Shown here piece by piece: positions 33,666 through 48,538 of a stretch of 64,000 nt of DNA. Made by a program: the position numbers and the translations under genes. The stretch spans positions 157,743-221,742 of the forward strand of contig NIVC01001920.1 in the NCBI GenBank assembly GCA_002269645.1, given 5' to 3'. Numbering within the stretch: position 1 is the stretch's first letter; every line of letters begins with the position of its first letter. Source of the stretch: Macrostomum lignano. Lineage: Eukaryota. The notes under the pieces were generated by a model. The model saw only the letters and a list, made by a program, of their open reading frames with translations, searched no databases and had not been told where the DNA came from.

Positions 33666-35790
33666 TCAGAACTCCAGGCACGGGTTGCTGGGAGCATCCG
33701 ATGCGGTGCCGCAAATCGAGGGGCTCCCGGCCTCGCTGGCCTCGACTGGCTGGTCGGCGGTGGTCTCGCAGCGCCAGGAGGCCCGCAGGCTCAGCCGGAT
33801 CGGCTGTGCCCGCGCCTGAGCCGCCCGCTGGGAGGCGCCACCTTCAATGCGGCTACCCAGCCGGGAGCTGCCAGCCTGCAGGCACTGGCGCTCCGACCGC
33901 GCGCTCTCCTGACCCGCGCGCTTCCGGCGCAGCAGGCGCCAGAAGCCGAAGGTGGCGCTGAACGCCTGGCGGAACTGCTTGCTCATGCAGCAGTACAGCA
34001 CGAAGTTCACCGAGTTGTTCACCAGGGCCAAGGTGTTGAGCAGCGCTGCGTAGGCACCCATGAAGCACTGGACCGCCGGCAGGCCCAGTTGCTCGTCCTC
34101 GAGGATGTTCAGCATGCTGACCGGGATCTCGTAGACGATGTACAGCACAATGATGACCATTAGGAAGGCGGTGGTGCGCCTGTGGCGCCGGGACCTGCGC
34201 TCGTGCCTGGCCGACCCGGGCTTCGGGTTCGCCAGCGATTCGCGACGGCGCTCGGTGCGGCGCAGACAGCGGATGATGCAGCAGCAGAGCCCCGCCATCA
34301 GCAGGCAGGGCAGCGCCTTCTGGGCCAGGCAGTTGAACAGCCGGATCTTGAAGGCGTGCCGCTGCTCCATCGACACCTGATCAGGCGATTGGGGTCGTCA
34401 AGCCCTCAGCTGAGCACAAAGCTACATGTATACCCTTTAAATAAGCCCCAGATTGCACTCAGCTGAGCAGCAGATTACACTCAGCTGAGCAATAGATTAC
34501 ACTCAGCTGAGCACCAGATTACACTCAGCTGAGCACCACATTACACTCAGCTGAGCATCAGATTGCACTCAGCTGAGCATCAGATTACACTCAGCTGAGC
34601 ATCAGATTACACTCAACTGAGCATCAGATTACACTCAGCTGAGCATCAGATTACACTCAACTGAGCAGCAGATTACACTCAGCTGAGCACCAGATTACAC
34701 TCAGCTGAGCACCAGATTACACTCAGCTGAGCACCACATTACACTCAGCTGAGCATCAGATTACACTCAGCTGAGCATCAGATTGCACTCAGCTGAGCAT
34801 CAGATTGCACTCAGCTGAGCATCAGATTACACTCAACTGAGCAGCAGATTACACTCAGTTGAGCACCAGATTACACTCAGCTGAGCACCAGATTACACTC
34901 AGCTGAGCACCACATTACACTCAGCTGAGCATCAGATTACACTCAGCTGAGCATCAGATTGCACTCAGCTGAGCATCAGATTGCACTCAGCTGAGCATCA
35001 GATTACACTCAACTGAGCAGCAGATTACACTCAGCTGAGCACCAGATTACACTCAGCTGAGCACCAGATTACACTCAGCTGAGCACCAGATTACACTCAG
35101 CTGAGCACCAGATTACACTCAGCTGAGCACCAGATTACACTCAGCTGAGCACCAGATTACACTCAGCTGATGGGGATCCAGGTACCAAAAACAAGTTCAC
35201 AACGGTACCCACAGCCCCCCCCAGCTCACCTGGTAGGCGGTTTCGTTTCCGGCCACGCTGCCTCCCTGCTGCCTCAGCGGCTCCACCCTCAGATTCGCCG
35301 CGTACGGCGCCAGCGCGGCGCAGTTCGCCAGAAAGGCGAGCAGCAGCGCCAGGCGCGCCCTGGCCAGGCCGAACCAGACCTTCGTGCGCGGCGCGGCATA
35401 GTACTGCAAGTAGAAGAAGCGAAACAAGGCCAGCAGGACTCCGCACCAGAGAGCGAAGGCGTGCATCAGGTACATGACGACATTGCAGACAAGCAGCGCC
35501 GCCTGCCAGCCGTAGCTGCTGGCCGCCCGCTGGAACTGGGCCTGCAGAACTGCCGCAGCCAGGAAAATGAGCACCTTGCTGAGGTCGCTGACCGCGATGC
35601 CCAGCAGGATGCTGTTGGTCGGCGTGACCATCTTGCGCTGGCTGAACACGGCGATGTTGAAGCAGTTCATCAGCACCGACAGCAGCGAGATGCTGCCGAT
35701 CACCGGGACGCTGACGGCCGCAAAGCTCAGGCTGAGGGAGCTCTCCGGGCAGGTGGGGCCGGTTGAGTTGTCGAGGCCGACGCTGGACAT
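33666..35790 (-). CDS. Rhodopsin-class peptide GPCR (sex-peptide/myosuppressin/FMRFamide-receptor-like, Srw-type), about 423 aa, 2 exons
   Basis: Exons 35790-35230 and 34376-33666 (phase 0). N-terminal N-glycosylation sequon (NST). TM2 TNSILLGIAVSD, TM3 end LALFRF in place of DRY, TM6 RRTTAFLMVIIVLYIVYEIP, TM7-H8 NNSVNFVLYCCMSKQFRQAF. Confidence 0.9.
34405..35170. repeat. 22-bp minisatellite filling the GPCR intron (TCAGCTGAGCACCAGATTACAC)
   Basis: About 34 copies spanning most of intron 34377-35229. Confidence 0.96.
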
Positions 35791-35840
35791 TCTGCTTGCT
35801 GCTGGAGTAGCGCGGGTGTGTTGCGGTGCGAGCCCTGCCC

Positions 35841-35981
<141 letters not shown>

Positions 35982-36739
35982 CAGCACGCAGGATTCAAAG
36001 TGCAGGCATACGGGAGCGTCCTCTCCGAATCAGTCGCTGAGTCGCCGTTTCCCAGCCTGCTTCCCCATCCCTTATTGCAGACGTCTCACTGCCAGCCCAC
36101 GCGATCGGGGGAAGTGGCTCTGGAGAAAGTGAGGAAATCGAGTTTCTGCAATTATTCTAGAAGCAGCAACAGCCGACAGGCGCAGCAGACGCAGCTGCTG
36201 GCGCCACAATCTGTCTCTGTCAGCTGGTGCGGACGCGAAGGCAGCAGGCGGGCGGCTCTGGGCCAGCGGTATAAATAATTAATAATTAATGAGCTTCACC
36301 GCCGAACTTGCTCAAGTTCGCAAAACAGTGCTGGACTGCCGGAACGGAAGCGAAGATGGAAAATCCTCCTAGAGGTCTTGGCGCACCTGTGGTGCACCAT
36401 GGCCGTGGCACGGATCCCATAGATTTGCTAAGACTCAAGGACACAGGACGGACTATTCAAGGCATCAGTGTTTGGGCGAACCTCTTTCGACGCTACTATT
36501 GCAGCATTAATAGCATGCTTCAGACTTTGCAACTGTTTATTATTAGTTTGGCAGGTATGGAGGAATCAGCCAGCCGTGTGGCAGCTCAACTTCCAGCCCG
36601 ACAGGCAGGCTCTTACTCTCAGCCTGGGAGGCGGATGTGAGCTGCTGCTTGGCTGCAGCTTGTCAGCTGGAACACGGACTGGACTCAGCCAGCTGCACCG
36701 GTGGAGCTCAGGCAGCTGCGACTCCCTCACTTTACCCTA

Positions 36740-37692
<953 letters not shown>

Positions 37693-37977
37693 AAAAGGCT
37701 TCCCGGCACTTACGATCGCACAAATTTGAACGGGCCTCGGGGACTTGCGGCAGTCAGTTCACAGTTCAGCAGCAGTCCAGTAGCGCGGATGTCCTCAATT
37801 ATTCTGGCGGGGAGCCCAGCAGGAGCGAATGGCTTTGCATGGCTCCAGTGATTCGCCAGCGGCAGTAGTCTCATCATTTAAGCTCACTCAGCAGCCAATG
37901 GAGAGCGGCCTCGCTGCCGAAATGGGACTTCTATGAGTCTTATCCGGCGTTTAAGTGGACAATGCCTAATTCCTAGT

Positions 37978-38811
37978 ATGTCTGTATCAGTCACAGTGTC
38001 AGTCTGTATCAGTCACTGTATCAGTCACAGTGTCAGTCTGTATCAGTCACTGTATCAGTCACAGTGTCAGTCTGTATCAGTCACAGTGTCAGTCTGTATC
38101 AGTCACTGTATCAGTCACAGTGTCAGTCTGTATCAGTCACTGTATCAGTCACAGTGTCAGTCTGTATCAGTCACTGTATCAGTCACAGTGTCAGTCTGTA
38201 TCAGTCACAGTGTCAGTCTGTATCAGTCACAGTGTCAGTCTGTATTAGTCACAGTGTCAGTCTGCATCAGTCACAGTGTCAGTCTGTATCAGTCACAGTG
38301 TCAGTCCGTATCAGTCACAGTGTCAGTCTGTATCAGTCACAGTGTCAGTCTGTATCAGTCACAGTGTCAGTCTGTATCAGTCACAGTGTCAGTCTGTATC
38401 AGTCACAGTGTCTGTCTGTATCAGTCACAGTGTTAGTCTGTATCAGTCACTGTATCAGTCACAGTGTCAGTCTGCATCAGTCACAGTGTCAGTCTGTATC
38501 AGTCACAGTGTCAGTCCGTATCAGTCACAGTGTCAGTCTGTATCAGTCACAGTGTCAGTCTGTATCAGTCACAGTGTCAGTCTGTATCAGTCACAGTGTC
38601 TGTCTGTATCAGTCACAGTGTCAGTCTGTATCAGTCACAGTGTCAGTCTGTATCAGTCACAGTGTCAGTCTGTATCAGTCACAGTGTCTGTCTGTATCAG
38701 TCACAGTGCCAGTCTGTATCAGTCACAGTGTCAGTCTGTATCAGTCACAGTGTCAGTCTGTATCAGTCACAGTGTCTGTCTGTATCAGTCACAGTGTCAG
38801 TCTGTATCAGT
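37978..38811. repeat. 22-bp minisatellite (TGTATCAGTCACAGTGTCAGTC)
   Basis: Tandem copies with 12-bp sub-duplications. Confidence 0.95.
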
Positions 38812-39265
38812 TAGTGTTGAAATTAATTAATTAATAATTTTTACTGTTTCTTTGCTGCAGAAAGTCGTAGGAAAAATCTAATTTACTTAATATGGAAAGT
38901 TAAGCAGGAACTCTCAGACATTTTATTTGAAGTCTGGCGATCTCAGAGAGCTGGCGTCTCCAGAGCGTGCAATCAGAATCCCCTTAGCGCAAAGCAGTCA
39001 GTTCACCTCCTCATCGCAAGCGGCAGATTTCATCAATGGGAGACGCGACGCGCCTTATCAAAGTTTTTGCCTTTGATGGATTTTTCCAACTAATTTGCAC
39101 GAACAACACCCCCGCTCGCAGTCCGGTAGTGGCGTTTCAGTCGAGGATGTCTATGGTCAAGAGACCATTGGTTGGGGCGATGTGGATTGGAAGGCTGAAA
39201 TAAACTACATGTTGCTAAATAAAGATGCGCACAGACTAACTTTGTGGTGAAGACAAACACTACAG

Positions 39266-39360
39266 GGTTATGGTTAGGGTTAGGGTTAGAGCTAGGGTTA
39301 GGGTTAGGGTTTTGGTTGGGGTTAGGGTTAGGGTTAGAGCTAGGGTTAGGGTTAGGGTTT
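39266..39360 (+). repeat. Short degenerate interstitial telomere-like (TTAGGG)n
   Basis: GGTTAGGGTTAGGGTTAGAGCTAGGGTTAGGG duplicated. A (CCCTAA)3 tract also occurs at about 46004-46025. Confidence 0.85.
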
Positions 39361-40050
39361 AGTAATATAAGAATTGATTCTTATTCGGAGAAAACAAAGC
39401 GCAAAGTGCCTTCATTCTGTGGCATATCTTGCTTGTACTTTCTGAGATAGCAGGTTTGCAATATCACTCCATCAAATGTTTTCCGCAATATTTTCACCCT
39501 GTCAACCTCATTAACTGTACTAAGAAATAACCGACACTCTCTCGCTCACTACAGAAACAAAGCTTATGTGAATGAAATCCGGCTGCATTTATCCAGATTA
39601 GCAATTAAAATAGGAACCAGCTTGTTCGTGCTTCACTACTGAAGTAGTATTGGAGTTCATGGTTTGGTGCGTATGTATATATTTTTTGTAATAGTGAGAG
39701 AGCGTTAAAAAGGCCCTTATTCGGTCCCTGTGATGCTTAGGGCGAATTCCATGAGATAAGCTGAAGTCATGAAGACGCCGGCTTCTCGGGCTGAGCGGCC
39801 TCCTTGATGAAGGCTTGCCTGCGGGAAAAGCGTTTGGAATTGAAAATGCTGGAACTTTTTGGGGAGTTACAACCCGCGTTGTTACTAGCAGTAGCTTGTA
39901 AGGGTTATTTCCCCTTGATAGCTAATTTAATCTCATTGAAACTAGCGGCTTGAGGTAAACATCCTTAACAGGCAGGATACAGAAAGTAAAAATATGAAAT
40001 TATTCAATCATTATAAGAGTAGAAGCTAGAGAGAGAGAGCAGGAATATAT

Positions 40051-41130
40051 GAAGACAGAAGGCAGAAGGCAGAAGGCAGAAGGCAGAAGACAGAAGACAG
40101 AAGGCAGAAGGCAGAAGACAAAAGGCAGAAGACAAAAGGCAGAAGACAAAAGGCAGAAGGCAGAAGACAAAAGGCAAAAGACAGAAGGCAAAAGACAAAA
40201 GGCAGAAGACAAAAGGCAAAAGACAGAAGACAAAAGACAGAAGGCAGAAGACAAAAGGCAAAAGACAGAAGGCAGAAGACAAAAGGCAAAAGACAGAAGG
40301 CAGAAGGCAGAAGACAAAAGGCAAAAGACAGAAGACAAAAGACAGAAGGCAGAAGACAAAAGGCAGAAGACAAAAGGCAAAAGACAGAAGGCAGAAGGCA
40401 GAAGGCAGAAGACAAAAGGCAGAAGACAAAAGGCAGAAGACAAAAGGCAGAAGGCAGAAGACAAAAGGCAAAAGACAGAAGACAAAAGACAGAAGGCAGA
40501 AGACAAAAGGCAAAAGACAGAAGGCAGAAGACAAAAGGCAAAAGACAGAAGGCAGACGACAAAAGGCAGAAGACAAAAGACAGAAGGCAGAAGACAAAAG
40601 ACAAAAGACAGAAGGCAGAAGACAAAAGACAAAAGACAGAAGGCAGAAGGCAGAAGGCAGAAGGCAAAGGACAGAAGGCAGAAGACAAAAGACAAAAGAC
40701 AGAAGGCAGAAGGCAGAAGACAGAAGACAAAAGGCAGAAGACAGAAGACAAAAGGCAGAAGACAGAAGACAAAAGGCAGAAGACAGAAGACAAAAGGCAG
40801 AAGACAGAAGACAAAAGGCAGAAGACAGAAGACAAAAGGCAGAAGACAGAAGACAAAAGGCAGAAGACAGAAGACAAAAGGCAGAAGACAGAAGACAAAA
40901 GGCAGAAGACAGAAGACAAAAGGCAGAAGACAAAAGGCAGAAGACAGAAGGCAGAAGACAAAAGGCAAAAGACAGAAGGCAGAAGACAAAAGGCAGAAGA
41001 CAAAAGGCAGAAGGCAGAAGGCAGAAGGCAGAAGACAAAAGGCAAAAGACAGAAGGCAGAAGACAAAAGGCAGAAGGCAGAAGGCAGAAGACAAAAGGCA
41101 GAAGACAAAAGACAGAAGGCAGAAGGCACA
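40051..41130. repeat. 7-bp purine-rich satellite (AGAAGGC/AGAAGAC/AAAAGGC)
   Basis: Direct reading. It begins just downstream of the methyltransferase stop codon. Confidence 0.96.
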
Positions 41131-41152
41131 AGACAGGAGGCTGCAGCGCAGC

Positions 41153-43331
<2,179 letters not shown>

Positions 43332-44754
43332 TGCTGCGAGTTCTGAGGAGCTGCGGACAGGAAGATCCTCATAGTATAGTACACGAGCTTCAAACATAAG
43401 GTCACAGTGAAAAACGCCTGAGACCGCGGCGTCACAGAGCCACAGTCAGAACTACATCTAAATGAAACCCCACTAAGGTGCACAGACTCTCGAAAATAAG
43501 TTTGCTTAAAATCGCTGGAGATCTTCTCATCAAAGGAATGCCCGAGGGAGATTCGGGAGCGCGAGACTTTTCCGCGGTGATTTTCTCCTGCACATTTTCC
43601 CCACGAGGCCCGCAGGGGATTTCCAGCTGAGGTGTCCTGCAGGTTTTTTCCCATGCGAGCCTACCGCAGAACTACATGTACAGAGTTACATAGCAATAGC
43701 GGAACCTGCTCACTTGCCGGATGTATCCGATTAAATTCACGCGCACCTGAGTTTGAGTCCTGCAAGTGTCAACCAGCGGTCCGGACGGGAGCTGCTCTGC
43801 CGCAAAATTCCAGAGGTTGGGCGCGCCGGGTTTTGTGCAGAAATTTATGAATCGGGGGGGGGCTGCTGCTTGTCTCAGGCACAATGCCAGACAGGGCCGT
43901 AAAAAATGAGAATCTGAGCCCGGGTTTTTTCAGAGTGCACTCACTCCGAGTCCGCCTTGTCTTGCACCTCTCATATTCATAGTTCCCCTGCTCTCATCGG
44001 CCTCATCATTCTGGCACTCCCTGCCTCCCTGCATTGTGCTGGCCAGTTTGCTGCGTGAGCGCCTCTCAATGCTGCTCAGCCCTGTCCACCGCGCTGTTTA
44101 AACAGCCCCAACAAGCACGCATTTTGGCTCCTAAGTGTAGCAAACTGGTTACTGCCGCCAAGTGTCTGGGACATGGAGCTCTTGACCTGAACTCTGGAGA
44201 GGTAAGAGCTGACCAGACCATGGAGGTCTCGTCTTGGATCCGGAGAGGAAACCGAAGCCAGGGAGTTGGCTACGAGTCCCCGCAACCTAGAGCAAACCGC
44301 TGCTGTCAACAGTTTGCAAAACCATGGACTTTTAATTTCAAAACCCGGCGAGGAGACTTGCTTGGTCTGCAGCTCTTTCTTACCCCATTTCAAGTTGCAC
44401 TCGAGTGAGAGAGAAAGCAAGTTTAAACTTTGTGTCAGAAAAATTACAGCAGTTAAGCAGACTTTTGGCCTCACAAGTTTTTAGGTTTTTTATGACCCTT
44501 TAATGTTTGCCGCTGTCATTCGAATTTAGCTAGCTCGTATTTTATGGCATAGAAAATGCCACAGCAATGGTCTGTGTAAGATTGTTCCAGACTGAGATTA
44601 GTGCGCATTTCACAAGTTTGATAGTTTATAATCCTTCTTGAAAGCAGGTAAAATTTTAGACTTTAGAATTCTTGCTGTCTGAGAGAAGCTAAATTGTGGT
44701 AACCAAGTTGAGTATGGGTACAGTGTACACTGTACATGTAGTTGCGAAGGAGCG

Positions 44755-45147
44755 GAGTGGCTGCTGAGGAGTGGGGTGGCTGCTGGGGAGTGGGGTGGCT
44801 GCTGGGGAGTGGGGTGGCTGCTGGGGAGTGTAGAGGCTGCTGAGGAGTGGGTTGGCTTCTGGGGAATGGGGAGGCTGCTGAGGAGTGGGGTGGCTGCTGG
44901 GGAGTGGGGTGGCTGCTGAGGAGTGGGGTGGCTGCTGGGGAGTGGGGTGGCTGCTGGGGAGTGGGGTGGCTGCTGAGGAGTGGGGTGGCTGCTGGGGAGT
45001 GGGGTGGCTGCTGAGGAGTGGGGTGGCTGCTGAGGAGTGGGGAGGCTGCTGAGGAGTGGGGAGGCTACTGAGGAGTGGGGTGGCTGCTGGGGAGTGGGTT
45101 GGCTGCTGGGGAGTGGGAAGGCTGCTGAGGAGTGAGGTGGCTGCTGA
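44755..45147. repeat. 19-bp G-rich minisatellite (GGAGTGGGGTGGCTGCTGG)
   Basis: Tandem periodicity. Confidence 0.93.
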
Positions 45148-46495
45148 GGCTCGAAGAATTGCAGAGTAAAAAAAAACAAGTGCTACATTTACATTACAAA
45201 CAGATCAGAAACCGACGTTAAAAAGTGAAACTACAATAATTCCAATTTCAAAAATATCCATTATTAGTAATCGTATTCTCACTACCATACCATGGTGATT
45301 GTATTGAAGTATTGAATAGTCCCTGGTTTCCTTTCCTTATACTAAAACTGGTGCGATGTTTGTCTGTCTTCCTTATTCCTCCTAATATTAAAACTGGTGC
45401 GATGTTTGTCTGTATGTATGTTGTAAGTGAACTCCTACAATTCTGGCAAGTCAGCGTCGAAACTTATATGGGAAAACTGCAAATTTTCCGGAGCAGGCTT
45501 TAGGCTATTTTAATGAGCTCTAGCTCATTGCTAAGGGGATTAAATATTCAAAAAACTGTATTTTCCCTATCTAATTAGTGTATTTTTTCCGCAGTGAGAG
45601 CTCAATATGTCTATGGCCATAGACTAAACTTCAACTTATTGTAGCTTGGATGCTATGAGCTAAAAATAAATAATTATTTCTCGCAGTGAGCACTTGAGAA
45701 ATAATAATATGTCTATGGCCATAGACTAAGCTTCAACTTTTTGAGCTTTTGCTACGAGCTATAAATAATTCGAAATTCAAAATATGAGGATTCGAAAGCA
45801 TGCTTTTCTGCATAAGGGAAAGATATCAGTTCAACTTTTAATTGCCACTGCGTATTGGAAGGGGATCGGTCGCTGTGTATTGGAGGGTTGAATTAGATTA
45901 AACAATCTTTTTGTTAACTCTAACTGAGACCATGATATTGACTGAATGAGAAAAAAAATGCTTTTTTTACCGGCCCCTTTCAACACGCAGCTGTGTGTAG
46001 CTCTAACCCTAACCCTAACCCTAACGAATGAATTCTGAGAGCTGAGTTCTGTTTGACGGAGAAATTTCGATTGAGTCCAGTTTCATGGAGAGGATTTCTA
46101 TTTTGCGGAGAGGATTTCGATGGTGTTCAGTTTCACGGAGACGATTTCTATTGCGCGGAGAGCTGTTGGAAAATGGGATTAGGCTGATGGAGTTCAGGGA
46201 ATGGAATTCCGATGATGGGAGTTCTTCCCCTTTCTTCTCCGAAGGAGTTGGCCTCGTACATAAAAAGTCTCTGGTATAAATCATGCATGTTGAACTGCAT
46301 GAGCGTGTGCTCGGCGTACACGTACGAGTTCGTACGCTCGTAGAACGCGGAGCTGAGGAAACTGTCTATGGCCGGAACCCCGTCACAGATCTGCCATCTC
46401 TTTAGATTTCACCGCCAACAGTCACAGAGCAGCAGCAGACAAGTCTCAACCTCATCGATTGCATCAAGCCGCACAGGACGGATTCTGGTTAAAGA

Positions 46496-46840
46496 ATGCA
46501 CGACTTTCTCCTGATGGCAGCGTTCGTGTCAGCCACTGCGATGGCAGCCGTCGCCCTGGGGACGACCGCCGCGGCATTAGCCGTGCTCATTCTGGGCCGC
46601 GACCCCGGCAGGCTCAAGAAGGCCGTCCTGCAGCCCAAGCAGGCCGCCGTCTGCGGCAGCCCGGCGGCCGCGGAGCTCGGCAGCGTCACCCGTGAGTCGT
46701 CTTCGATCGTGCCGATGGAGCGGCTGGACCAGCCGGAGAGTTTTGTGAGCCTCCAGCTTCATCAGCTGAGCTGCTCAGCCTCCGGGGACTGCAGCAGCTG
46801 TGCAGATGAGCAGCAGGTGAAGGACTTGGCCAGCCATTAA
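46496..46840 (+). CDS. Small hypothetical protein (114 aa) with an N-terminal hydrophobic signal/anchor segment
   Basis: GC3-rich ORF inside AT-richer flanks. Hydrophobic stretch LLMAAFVSATAMAAVALGTTAAALAVLILG followed by basic RDPGRLKK. No recognisable domain. Confidence 0.5.
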   Translation: MHDFLLMAAFVSATAMAAVALGTTAAALAVLILGRDPGRLKKAVLQPKQAAVCGSPAAAELGSVTRESSSIVPMERLDQPESFVSLQLHQLSCSASGDCSSCADEQQVKDLASH

Positions 46841-47611
46841 TTCAATAATAGCTCGGCAATTCTCCAGCGCAAATTCATGACGAGTTGCGGCGATAGTTTT
46901 CAGCCGATAAAATTCGATTTTCATTCGTTCCTCTGCGTCTGCGGAGCTCTCAGAGTTGTCAAATTTTCTTTCTGCAGAGCAGGAGAGTTCGACACGGGTT
47001 TCATTTCAGCCAGACAGTCAGCAGCAGTTCTTTGTCGACCAGCGGAGCTCTCATTATTATGTTTTTTAAGAAAATTTGCTTTTTCTCTCAGCTTTTAGAA
47101 GCACGGCTCAGGCAGCTGCCCCCTAGAGCGACAATGTACTTTTGTCAAGATCTGCACTTTTGTGCCGTTCTTCGTTTCTCATAGTACAGAACACGCGGAG
47201 CAGCTTAAACGTACATTTAGCAATAAACGTCAGGTGCTCAGGTCAAAACAGCAATTGCTATTAAGTTTTCCAATTGCGATGCAAGTACTGACTCGCAAGT
47301 TTATTTCAAACTGAGTTAAACAGCTAATAGGATTGCTGGGCATTTTAAATCATTCCAACAATAGAGTTATAAATTGTAAAACTTTATTTATGAACTAGCT
47401 AGTCATCAGTCGTTAGAAAAAATTGCTAAATACTATAAGAATCTGTAATAAAAGATTAACGCGACCGTAAATAACTGACCAGCAATGATCAGTTATGGAT
47501 AAAGCTATCGGGTTGTTTTCCTATTAAAAATTAAAAATTCGATGAACTTCTCATTTTTATATATATGATTTTTCTGTGCGATTCTAAGGATATCATTAAT
47601 GCTACATTAAC

Positions 47612-48538
47612 TGCTCAGCTCAACTCAGCTCAACTCAGCTCAGCTCAACTCAGCTCAAATCAGCTCAACTCAGGTCAACTCAGCTCAACTCAGCTCAACT
47701 CAGCTCAACTCAACTCAGCTCAACTCAACTCAACTCAGCTCAACTCAGCTCAACTCAACTCAACTCAACTCAGCTCAACTCAGCTCAACTCAGCTCAGCT
47801 CAACTCAGCTCAACTCAAATCAGCTCAACTCAGCTCAACTCAACTCAACTCAACTCAGCTCAACTCAACTCAGCTCAACTCAGCTCAACTCAGCTCAACT
47901 CAACTCAGGTCAACTCAGCTCAACTCAGCTCAACTCAACTCAGCTCAACTCAGCTCAACTCAGCTCAACTCAACTCAGGTCAACTCAGGTCAACTCAGGT
48001 CAACTCAGGTCAACTCAACTCAACTCAACTCAGCTCAACTCAACTCAGATCAACTCAGCTCAACTCAGCTCAACTCAGCTCAGCTCAACTCAACTCAGCT
48101 CAACTCAACTCAGCTCAACTCAACTCAGGTCAACTCAGGTCAACTCAGGTCAACTCAGCTCAACTCAGGTCAATTCAGGTCGACTCAGGTCAACTCAGGT
48201 CAACTCAGGTCAACTCAACTCAACTCAACTCAACTCAGCTCAACTCAGGTCAACTCAGGTCAACTCAACTCAACTCAACTCAACTCAGCTCAACTCAGGT
48301 CAACTCAACTCAGCTCAGCTCAACTCAGCTCAACTCAGCTCAACTCAGGTCAACTCAACTCAACTCAGCTCAACTCAGCTCAGCTCAGCTCAACTCAGGT
48401 CAACTCAACTCAACTCAGCTCAACTCAGCTCAGCTCAGCTCAACTCAGCTCAGCTCTGCTCAACTCAGGTCAACTCAACTCAACTCAGCTCAACTCAGCT
48501 CTGCTCAACTCAACTCAACTCAGGTCAACTCAACTCAG
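47612..48538. repeat. Pentanucleotide satellite (CAACT/CAGCT/CAGGT)n starting at the KHK stop codon
   Basis: Direct reading. It abuts the KHK TGA at 48530-48532. Confidence 0.96.

Noticed and set aside
7043-35790. Peptide precursor and GPCR as a linked ligand-receptor pair
   Set aside because: They are 27 kb apart with four unrelated genes between them. Proximity is not evidence of pairing in animal genomes.
39266-39360. Chromosome end or true telomere
   Set aside because: The tract is under 100 bp, degenerate, and flanked by unique sequence on both sides.
44034-44484. Overlapping 72-132-aa ORFs
   Set aside because: No codon bias like the real genes, no motifs and no consistent splice model.
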